Source: Gemmatimonadales bacterium
GTDB lineage: Bacteria; Gemmatimonadota; Gemmatimonadetes; Gemmatimonadales; GWC2-71-9
Reading direction: 5' to 3'
DNA: 64,000 nt
NCBI GenBank assembly: GCA_036556625.1
Contig: DATBJC010000089.1
Coordinates: 22,024 to 86,023, forward strand
Position 1 is the stretch's first letter. Each line of letters opens with the position of its first letter. Under the pieces are notes generated by a model that was given only the letters and a program-made list of their open reading frames with translations, was not told the origin of the DNA and made no database searches. This document shows positions 25,581 to 33,483 of this stretch, one piece after another. The translations under genes were made by a program, and so were the position numbers.

Positions 25581-28172
25581 ATGTCGGACCAAGCCCAGGA
25601 CTCGACACTGGCCCGCGTGCTCGGGCGCAAGGGAGGCGCCGCCGCGCCCGGCGCGCCTTCCGTGGACGTCATGGCCGGATCGATCTCGGTCGGAGGGATC
25701 CTCCTGGCTGCACGCCGGCACTGGATCCTCGTTCTGGCCATCGCCGGGTTCACCACCATGTTCGCGCTGACGGCGTTCAGGCAGCCCGCGCTCTACCGGG
25801 CCAAGGCCGTGCTCCGCCTGGCCGGTGAGCGGCAGGCCATCGCCGGCGGGCTCGATAACGAGAACGCCATGCTCGACCGCCACGTGGTGCCGGTGCAATC
25901 CCTGTTTCCCCGGGTCCGCAGTCGGGCGGTCATCGGGGCCGTGGTGGACAAACTCGGGTTGCAGCTGCGACCCGTGCCGGTGTTCTCTATGCTCCGCCCG
26001 CCGGTCCGTCCGGCGATCGGTATCAGCAACATCCACGTCGATCCCACGGCTGAAGCCGATACCCTGACGCTGCTCTTCTCCACCTCGAGCCTCACCGTCA
26101 GCCGCGGCACGCGCTCGGTGCAGCACGCCTACGGAGATACGGTGCAAGCAGGGAGCGTCCGGTTCGTGATCGCGAACCCGCCACCCATGGCCGGGGCGCT
26201 ACTGGCCGTAGTCCCCCGGGAGATCGCTATCGACCACGTGCTGGAGCAGCTCGCGGTGGTACCGCTCACCGGCACGGACGCGCTCGAGGTCCGATACGGA
26301 GACACCGACCCGCAGCTCGCGCAGGCGGTGACCAACGCGGTCGTCCGGACCTTCTACACGTCCACCATCAACTCGTCCCAGGACAAGGCCCGGCGGCGCC
26401 GGGTGTTCCTGGAGGACCAGTTGCGAGAAACCGACCGCCAGCTGGCTCAGGCGCAGGCGAGCGTGAGCGGCTTCAGAAGCCGCCGCCAACTGGCCAGCTC
26501 TTCCGACAAGCTGGCCCAGCAGCAGTCGGCGCTGATGAACCTCGACGTGCGCCGGGGCGAGCTCCAGACGGATGCGCGAGTGTTCCGCGGCCTGCTGGAG
26601 CGCCTGGAGACGATGAGCGACAGCGCCCGGGTGGAGGAGCTGTACAACCTGGCCTATTCCCCGGAGATCGCCACCGATCCGATCGTCGGCCGGGTGTTCC
26701 AGCAGCTGCTCACCTACGAGTCCCGGTTGGACTCGCTGACCACAGGGCCCTATCGGACGACGGCGACCAATCCCGACGTCGTGCAGCTGCGGCAGCTGGT
26801 GCGGTCCACCCAAGGGGAGCTGGTGCGTGCCTTCCGGGCGAGGCTGAGCTCCATCGAGGAGCGCCTCGCCGCGCTCCAGGATCTACGGAGTGAGAGTGCG
26901 GAGGCCATCGCCGTGCTCCCCGGTCTGGAGGCCGAGGAGAGCCGGCTGGAGCAGAGGGTGGATGCGCTGGCCGACTTCGCCAACCAGATCAGAATGGAAT
27001 ACCAGAAGGCCCGCATGTCGGAGGCGCTGGCGGCCGCCGATATCGAGATCCTGGATCTGGCCATCTTGCCCTATGCCCCCACGGGCATCCCGCGGTGGAT
27101 CAAACTGGCGCTCGCGATGGTGTTCGGTCTCGGCCTGGGAACGCTCATCGCGGTCCTGCTCGAGCTCAGGAACCGGGCCATCCGCGGCCCGGAGGAGCTC
27201 GAGGCGGCGCTGCAGCTGCGAGGACTCGCCGTGATCCCTCCGGTCGAAGAGGTGATTGCCGCCGAGGCGGCGCTGGCCACGGGCCGAAGAGAACGCGATG
27301 GCGGGCGGCTCCAGCCCGGCCCGCGCGGTATCGTGGCCGACTCGTCCGCTTCGCCGTCGGTGGGAGGGGAGGCGTTCCGCCTGCTCTACAGCAGCCTGAC
27401 GTACAACTGGGAAGGTCGCCAGCGCATCATCCTGGTCACCAGTGTCGCCCCCCAGGAAGGCAAGACGCTGGTGGCGGCGAACTTGGCGGTGACCTTCGCG
27501 CGGGAAGGCGCCCGGGTGCTCGTGGTGGACTGCGACTTGCGCCGGCCCCGTCTGCACAAGGTCTTCCAGGTGTCCCGAGCGCCGGGGCTGGTGGACCTGT
27601 TGCGGCCCTCCGAGGAGTCCGGCGAGTTGGAGTATGCTGCGCAGAACGGCCAGCGGTCGCGGTCGTACAGCATGCTGCCCACCCTCAGTCGCGAGGCGGA
27701 GGACGAAACGGTGGCCACCAACGGGGCGGCCAGGGTCCACGAGCACGATCCGGGATTTCCCAATTCGTTCGCGCGTTATTCCGCCAGCTTCCGGAACATT
27801 CGGGAGGCGAACGGCCAGGGCCTGTGGCTGCTTCCGTCCGGCGCCAGCTCCCCGAATGCGGCGGGAGCACTGCGCGCCGGCACGTTCCGGTGTCTGCTCC
27901 AGGAGGTCTCGATCGGATTCGACCTGGTCATCCTGGACACGCCGCCGGTCCTGGCCAGCGCCGACGCCGCCATTCTGGCGCCGATCGCGGACGACGTCCT
28001 TCTGGTGATTCGTGCCGGGCAGACGGACCGCGAGGCGGCCGAGCGCGCTCGGCAGCAACTGACGGACGCTGGCGGGCACGTGGTGGGAGCGGTGCTGAAC
28101 GATCCCGAAGGGAAGGTGGTGCGGGACAGGACCTTGTATTACACATACGGGTATCCCGTCACACCCGATTGA
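25581..28172 (+). CDS. Polysaccharide co-polymerase / bacterial tyrosine autokinase (Wzc/GumC/EpsB-like).
   Basis: 863-aa ORF. It has an N-terminal Wzz-type TM domain, a coiled coil and a second TM segment (IKLALAMVFGLGLGTLIAVLLEL). The kinase motifs are Walker A SVAPQEGKT, Walker A' VLVVDCDLRRP and Walker B DLVILDTPP. The C-terminal tail is Tyr-rich (LYYTYGY). Confidence 0.85.
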   Translation: MSDQAQDSTLARVLGRKGGAAAPGAPSVDVMAGSISVGGILLAARRHWILVLAIAGFTTMFALTAFRQPALYRAKAVLRLAGERQAIAGGLDNENAMLDRHVVPVQSLFPRVRSRAVIGAVVDKLGLQLRPVPVFSMLRPPVRPAIGISNIHVDPTAEADTLTLLFSTSSLTVSRGTRSVQHAYGDTVQAGSVRFVIANPPPMAGALLAVVPREIAIDHVLEQLAVVPLTGTDALEVRYGDTDPQLAQAVTNAVVRTFYTSTINSSQDKARRRRVFLEDQLRETDRQLAQAQASVSGFRSRRQLASSSDKLAQQQSALMNLDVRRGELQTDARVFRGLLERLETMSDSARVEELYNLAYSPEIATDPIVGRVFQQLLTYESRLDSLTTGPYRTTATNPDVVQLRQLVRSTQGELVRAFRARLSSIEERLAALQDLRSESAEAIAVLPGLEAEESRLEQRVDALADFANQIRMEYQKARMSEALAAADIEILDLAILPYAPTGIPRWIKLALAMVFGLGLGTLIAVLLELRNRAIRGPEELEAALQLRGLAVIPPVEEVIAAEAALATGRRERDGGRLQPGPRGIVADSSASPSVGGEAFRLLYSSLTYNWEGRQRIILVTSVAPQEGKTLVAANLAVTFAREGARVLVVDCDLRRPRLHKVFQVSRAPGLVDLLRPSEESGELEYAAQNGQRSRSYSMLPTLSREAEDETVATNGAARVHEHDPGFPNSFARYSASFRNIREANGQGLWLLPSGASSPNAAGALRAGTFRCLLQEVSIGFDLVILDTPPVLASADAAILAPIADDVLLVIRAGQTDREAAERARQQLTDAGGHVVGAVLNDPEGKVVRDRTLYYTYGYPVTPD

Positions 28173-28239
28173 TAGATAGCTGAGCGTTTTCGGAACGGTC
28201 ATCCCCTGCCAGTGCACTGCACAGACAAGGAGCTTGAGC

Positions 28240-29265
28240 GTGATCCGCGGCCGCCTGTCATTGACGTCGCCAGCCATCGCTGCGTCGTCTCTTCTGCTGT
28301 TGCTCAGCTGTTCGGACGGCGGCGGGCCGAGCGATCCGCCCGATCCTCTGAACCTGTCGGTCGTGGTGCGGGTGGACTCCTCGGAGTTCCGCTCTGAGGG
28401 CGAGTTCGAGCTGGGCCTGATCCCATTCGACCGCACGGGTAGCACGTTTCTGAACGACGACTGGACGATCACGCCCGTCGTCTCCGACCCCACCACGGTC
28501 GAGTTTTCAGTGGCTGGGTCCGGGCTTCAACCTGCCGACACTCAGCCGGTCGCCACCGCGGTGCTGATCGACGACTCCGGCTCCATGCGCTTTTCGGACC
28601 CCGACCGGCTTCGCGCGTTCGCGGCCCAGCGTTTTTGGGAAGAGGTCCTTCCGGGTCGTCCGGACAACGTGGTGGCCCTGCTGGATTTCGGACGAGGCGA
28701 TGCGGAGCCGACGCCGGGCTTCACCCGTACCACCGTGTTGGCCGGGTTCACCGAGGACCCCGCCGTCCTCGAGGCAGCGCTCCCCCAGGTTCAGGCGGTC
28801 CCCGGCGGCGCAACCCCACTCTATCAGTCCGGACTGGAAGTACTGCGCTGGATCGACTCCACCATTCCGAGCACTTATCAGCGGACGCTGCTCGTCATCA
28901 CCGATGGTGCCCCCAGCGACACCGACAGCGTGGCGCAGATCCTGTACGATGAGGCACAGGCGCTGCGCGTGCGGGTGTTCGCCGTCGGTGTGGGCGCCGC
29001 GGGCGAGGACAATCCCCCCTCTGAAGCGGCGCAGCGCTTGCTCGAGCTGGCCGTGCAAACCGGGGGCATTTACGGCGCAGGAGAGCCACCCACCAGGCTC
29101 CAGCCGATTCTCCAGACGCTGGCGCAATCCACCAGCCCGGAGCGCCTGGCCGTGCGGATTCGGCTGAGCCCGGCCCCAGCGCGGGGCACCCGAATAAGGG
29201 GAACGGTCGGGCTGGAAGGCGAACGCGGAGCCATCTCGGCCCCCTGGACTTTCGTGGCTCCGTGA
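28240..29265 (+). CDS. von Willebrand factor A (vWA) domain lipoprotein.
   Basis: Track ORF 28234..29265. GTG 28240 sits 7 nt after AAGGAG. The signal sequence SSLLLLLSC has a lipobox. The MIDAS-type motif VLIDDSGSM is present, and LLVITDGAPSD follows later. Confidence 0.75.
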   Translation: MIRGRLSLTSPAIAASSLLLLLSCSDGGGPSDPPDPLNLSVVVRVDSSEFRSEGEFELGLIPFDRTGSTFLNDDWTITPVVSDPTTVEFSVAGSGLQPADTQPVATAVLIDDSGSMRFSDPDRLRAFAAQRFWEEVLPGRPDNVVALLDFGRGDAEPTPGFTRTTVLAGFTEDPAVLEAALPQVQAVPGGATPLYQSGLEVLRWIDSTIPSTYQRTLLVITDGAPSDTDSVAQILYDEAQALRVRVFAVGVGAAGEDNPPSEAAQRLLELAVQTGGIYGAGEPPTRLQPILQTLAQSTSPERLAVRIRLSPAPARGTRIRGTVGLEGERGAISAPWTFVAP

Positions 29266-29289
29266 GAGTGACGATGTAGATTTGCACCG

Positions 29290-29637
29290 GTGGACGTGCA
29301 GATCTTCGGTATCCGCAAGAGCCCAGAAACCCGCAAGGCGCTCCGCTTCTTCGCCGAGCGGCGGATCAAGACTCACTTCGTCGATCTCCAACAGCGCGCA
29401 GCATCACCCGGGGAGCTCCGGCGCTTCGCCCAGAAGTTCGGGGTCGAGGCGCTGGTGGACCGGGGGTCGCCCCGCTTCGCCGATCTCGGGCTCCGCACGG
29501 CGCTCCTCAGCCAGGAGCGCTGGCTCGAGCGGCTGGTGGAGGAACCGCTGCTCCTCCGCATGCCCCTGGTACGGCACCAGCAGCAGCTCACCATCGGCGA
29601 CGCCGAGTCCACCTGGCGGGAGTGGACCAGCCGTTGA
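29290..29637 (+). CDS. ArsC/Spx-family thioredoxin-fold protein (YffB-like).
   Basis: 115-aa ORF reading VQIFGIRKSPETRKALRFFAERRIKTHFVDL. No CxxC or CxxS is visible at the usual position, so a redox function is uncertain. Confidence 0.6.
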   Translation: MDVQIFGIRKSPETRKALRFFAERRIKTHFVDLQQRAASPGELRRFAQKFGVEALVDRGSPRFADLGLRTALLSQERWLERLVEEPLLLRMPLVRHQQQLTIGDAESTWREWTSR

Positions 29638-31577
29638 CCCAGCTGGCCTTGGCCGGCGTGCGGGTGGAGTTCGGCGCCACCCGCCTGCTCGACAACGTGA
29701 CCTTCACCGTGACCCGCGGTGGGCGCTGGGGCATCGTCGGGCGCAACGGGGCGGGGAAGACCACGCTCTTCCGGCTGATCACTGGAGAGCTGCAGCCCGC
29801 CGTTGGTACCGTGGCCCGCGCCTCAGGCCTTCGGATCTCCCTCCTGGATCAGCAGCGCGAATTCGCCGGCGCCGGCACGGTGTGGGAGGCCGCCGCAGGT
29901 CCGTTCCGTTCCCTCCTCGATCTCGAGCGCTCCCTCGCGGAGCAGGCTGCGGCGCTCGCCGAAGCGGGCGATCGCGTGACCGAGCAGGCGCTGGCGCGCT
30001 ACGACCGGGATCTCGAGCGCTTCCAGCGGGAGGACGGATACAGCATCGCCGCCCGGATCGACGCCGTGCTGCACGGACTGGGCTTCGATCCGGACATGGC
30101 CCGGCGCCGTCGGCTCGACGGACTGAGCGGAGGCGAGCGGGGACGGCTGGCGCTGGTGCGCCAGCTGGTGGCGGCGGCCGATCTCCTGCTCCTCGATGAG
30201 CCCACCAACCACCTTGACCTCGAAACCACCCGCTGGCTGGAAGGCCACCTGCGCCAGCTCGACCTGACGGTGATGGTGGTGAGCCACGATCGCGCCTTCC
30301 TCCAGGCCGTGGTGGACCACGTGCTGCATCTGGATGCGGGGACGGCCCAGGCGTACGCCGGGGACTACGAGGCGTTCGTCCGGCAGCGCACCGAGTGGCG
30401 CCTGACGCAGCAGCGCGCCTTTAGCAAGCAGGCCCGTGTGATTGCTGCGGAGGAGGAGTACATCAGACGGAACATCGCCGGCCAGAACAGCGCCCAGGCC
30501 AAAGGGCGGCGGCGCAGGCTCGCGAGGGTGAGCCGGCTCAGTCCGCCGCCCGGCGAGGAAGGCACTATGGCGTTGCGGCTTGGCGCCGATGAGCGGAGCG
30601 GCGATCAGGTGCTGGTGGCCTCCAGCGTGCGGCTCGAGGTGGCGGGACGGACACTCCTGGACCAGTTCTCAGCCCGGGTGAGCCGGGGCGAGGTGATCGG
30701 TCTGGTGGGGGCGAACGGCAGCGGCAAGTCCACCTTGATCCGTACCATCGTGGGGGAGCGCGCGCCCGATGCCGGGGAGATCCGGCTACCGGATTCGGTC
30801 CGGGTCGCTCACTATCGGCAGGATCTCGCACAGGTCCCACCCGATCCCAGCCTGTACCAGATCATCGCCGATCTCCGGCCCTCCTGGGGCCGCGGCCCGG
30901 TCCAGGCGCATCTCGGCCGGTTCGGCTTTTCGGGCGATTCGGTGCAACGCACGGCCGGATCCCTCTCCGGCGGTGAGACCGCGCGAGTCGCCCTGGCGAT
31001 GATGATGCTCTCCGGCGCCAACTTCCTGATCTTCGACGAGCCCACCAACCATCTCGACGTCGAGTCCATCGAGGCGCTGGAAGACGCCATCGAGGGTTTC
31101 GATGGCACCGTGTTACTGGTGAGCCACGACCGCGCGCTCCTTCGCGCGCTCACCACGCGAATGTGGGTGCTGCACCGAGAGCGGATCACTGATTTCGATG
31201 GCGGCTTCGCGGAGTGGGAGGTGGCCAGCGCCGAGCGAGAACACGCCGCGGCAGTCGCCGCCGCGGAGGAAGAGGCCACCCGACGCGTCCGCGAGCGCAA
31301 GGCGACCCGGCGGCCCGCGGACCGCCGGCGCACGCTGGACTCGGCCAGGCGAACCGCCGAACGCGCCGTGGCCCAGGCCGAGGAGCGAGTCGGTGAGCAC
31401 GAGCGGCGAGTGGCGACCCTGCGAGCCCAACTGGAGGCCCCCGAGCTCTATCTCACTGCCGATGCGGCGCAGCAGGCCCGCCGCCTGGGCGCCGAGCTGG
31501 AGCAGGCCCGACTGGCGCTGGAGTCGGCGTTCGCGGCATGGGAGGCGGCCACCCGCACCCTGGAGTCCATCGGCTGA
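29622..31577 (+). CDS. ABC-F family ATPase: two ABC domains, no membrane domain, and a C-terminal coiled coil.
   Basis: 651-aa ORF. Walker A motifs are GRNGAGKTT and GANGSGKST. Signature motifs are LSGGERGRL and LSGGETARV. Confidence 0.9.
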   Translation: MDQPLTQLALAGVRVEFGATRLLDNVTFTVTRGGRWGIVGRNGAGKTTLFRLITGELQPAVGTVARASGLRISLLDQQREFAGAGTVWEAAAGPFRSLLDLERSLAEQAAALAEAGDRVTEQALARYDRDLERFQREDGYSIAARIDAVLHGLGFDPDMARRRRLDGLSGGERGRLALVRQLVAAADLLLLDEPTNHLDLETTRWLEGHLRQLDLTVMVVSHDRAFLQAVVDHVLHLDAGTAQAYAGDYEAFVRQRTEWRLTQQRAFSKQARVIAAEEEYIRRNIAGQNSAQAKGRRRRLARVSRLSPPPGEEGTMALRLGADERSGDQVLVASSVRLEVAGRTLLDQFSARVSRGEVIGLVGANGSGKSTLIRTIVGERAPDAGEIRLPDSVRVAHYRQDLAQVPPDPSLYQIIADLRPSWGRGPVQAHLGRFGFSGDSVQRTAGSLSGGETARVALAMMMLSGANFLIFDEPTNHLDVESIEALEDAIEGFDGTVLLVSHDRALLRALTTRMWVLHRERITDFDGGFAEWEVASAEREHAAAVAAAEEEATRRVRERKATRRPADRRRTLDSARRTAERAVAQAEERVGEHERRVATLRAQLEAPELYLTADAAQQARRLGAELEQARLALESAFAAWEAATRTLESIG

Positions 31578-32785
31578 GCGGCGGCGCGCGATGGCGTGTG
31601 CTGGGGCTGCTTGCCCTGGCCGAGGTGCTCGGCATGTCGCTGTGGTTCTCGGCCAGCGCGGTGTCGGGCCAGTACCGCGCCATGTGGCACCTCAGTGCGG
31701 TCGAGGCGGGCTGGCTGACGACCACGGTGCAGCTCGGATTCGTGGTGGGGACCGCGACGGCAGCGGTTCTCAATCTCGCGGATGTGTTGCCTTCCCGCCG
31801 GTACTTCGTGATCTCGGCGTTGCTCGGCGCTGCCGCGAACGCGGCGCTGGTTTCGGCTCCCGACTATCGGACGGCCCTGATGTGCCGGTTCTTCACCGGA
31901 GTCTTCCTGGCGGGCGTCTACCCGCCGGCCATGAAGATGGCGGCCACCTGGTTCCGCGCCGATCGCGGGCTTGCGATCGGCGTGATCGTCGGCTCGCTCA
32001 CGATCGGCAAGGCAGCTCCCTACCTGGTGCGGTCGGTGGAAATGAGCGGTGTCCGGACGGTGGTGCTGGCGGCGTCGCTGGGGGCGATCGTCTCCGCGGT
32101 CCTGGTCGCCGTCGGCTATCGCGAGGGCCCCTTCGAGTTTCCCCGGCGGCCATTCTCCTGGCGGTTGGTGGCGAGTGTGGTCAGACATCGGGAGACCCGC
32201 CTCGCAACCAGCGGGTACCTCGGCCACATGTGGGAGCTCTACGCCATGTGGACCTGGGTACCCGTGTTTCTGGCGGCAAGCGCGGCCGAGAAGGCTGGTG
32301 GAGGGGGGATCATCCCGCCCACTGCCGTGTCCCTTCTCGCCTTCGGCGTCATCGCGGCCGGAGGGGTGGGTGCCGTATGGGGCGGGTGGGCCGCTCGGAC
32401 CATGGGATACGCCCGGGTGGTCACCGTCGCCATGGCGGTGAGCGGGGTCTGCTCGCTCGCGGTGGGATGGCTCTACGGAGCAAGCCTGTGGCTCCTCGCG
32501 CCAGTGGTCCTGCTCTGGGGCTTCTTCGTGGTGGCCGATTCGGCCCAGTTCAGCGCGATGGTGACGGAGTCGTCGCCACCTCACGCGGTCGGCACGGCGC
32601 TGACCCTTCAGACCTCGCTCGGCTTCCTCCTGACGATGGTCACTATCCAGCTGATCCCGGTGATCGTGGACCTCGCGGGATGGCGGCTCGCGTTCCCGGT
32701 GCTGGCACTGGGCCCCGCGGCCGGGATTTGGGCGATCAGGCGGCTGGGATCCGGCGCGAGGGAGGTCAGCCAGGTGTCATCCTGA
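31538..32785 (+). CDS. MFS transporter.
   Basis: Polytopic ORF of 415 aa. The start is uncertain. GTG 31598 lies downstream of the ABC-F stop and is an alternative to the overlapping ATG 31538. Confidence 0.7.
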   Translation: MGGGHPHPGVHRLSGGARWRVLGLLALAEVLGMSLWFSASAVSGQYRAMWHLSAVEAGWLTTTVQLGFVVGTATAAVLNLADVLPSRRYFVISALLGAAANAALVSAPDYRTALMCRFFTGVFLAGVYPPAMKMAATWFRADRGLAIGVIVGSLTIGKAAPYLVRSVEMSGVRTVVLAASLGAIVSAVLVAVGYREGPFEFPRRPFSWRLVASVVRHRETRLATSGYLGHMWELYAMWTWVPVFLAASAAEKAGGGGIIPPTAVSLLAFGVIAAGGVGAVWGGWAARTMGYARVVTVAMAVSGVCSLAVGWLYGASLWLLAPVVLLWGFFVVADSAQFSAMVTESSPPHAVGTALTLQTSLGFLLTMVTIQLIPVIVDLAGWRLAFPVLALGPAAGIWAIRRLGSGAREVSQVSS

Positions 32786-32843
32786 CATCGGCCATCGTTC
32801 AGGAATTCCCTCGCCCAGCTGCGCTCCCTCCAGTTTGCTGTCT

Positions 32844-32884
32844 GTAAGTACATACTTGCGTCCCCTCCCTTCCTTTCCTATACT
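32844..32884 (+). promoter_or_regulatory. Predicted sigma-70-type promoter with an overlapping imperfect palindrome (candidate TetR operator).
   Basis: TTGCGT (32856-32861), a 17-nt spacer, then TATACT (32879-32884). The palindrome-like GTAAGTACATACTTGC (32844-32859) pairs at 6 of 8 positions. The tetR ATG at 32893 lies only 8 nt after the -10 box. Confidence 0.35.
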
Positions 32885-32892
32885 CGTCCGCC

Positions 32893-33483
32893 ATGAATGT
32901 CAGGGACCAGCTCCTGCTGGCGGCCGTGCAGGTCTATGCCGAAGGGGGCTATCACGGGGCCACGACACGCCGGATCGCCTCCGCCGCAGGGGTCAACGAG
33001 ATCACCCTCTTCCGGCACTTTGGCAGCAAGGATGTGCTGCTCCGCGAAGCACTAGCCCGCTGTCAGGGCGACACCGCCGCACCTCTCCCCCAACAGCCGA
33101 GCGACCCACTCGACGAGCTCACCGAATGGTGCCGCTCGCATTTCCGCGACATGCAGGCCCGCGCGCCACTCATCCGTACTGCCCTGGCCGAGCTGCCGGA
33201 GCGTCCGGGGGTGGTCACCCCCGAGGTCAGCTGCCCGATCCAGGCGGTGAGTGCACTCACGGATTACCTCGGGCGTCTCCGGCAGCTTGGGGTCGCGTCC
33301 GGCCGCTTCAACCCCCGTGTGGCGGCAACGATGCTGATGGGAGTGCTCTTCTCGGATGCGATCGGCCGGGACATCGTGCCCCAGATGTTCGCCAACGAGC
33401 CCGAGGATGCGGTCCGCGATTATGTGGCGCTGTTCCTCCGAGGGATCGGAGTGGAAATCGGCGTCAAAGGGAGCCCTGCATGA
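32893..33483 (+). CDS. TetR/AcrR family transcriptional regulator.
   Basis: 196-aa ORF. The N-terminal HTH reads GYHGATTRRIASAAGVNEITLFRHFGSKDVLL. Confidence 0.9.
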   Translation: MNVRDQLLLAAVQVYAEGGYHGATTRRIASAAGVNEITLFRHFGSKDVLLREALARCQGDTAAPLPQQPSDPLDELTEWCRSHFRDMQARAPLIRTALAELPERPGVVTPEVSCPIQAVSALTDYLGRLRQLGVASGRFNPRVAATMLMGVLFSDAIGRDIVPQMFANEPEDAVRDYVALFLRGIGVEIGVKGSPA

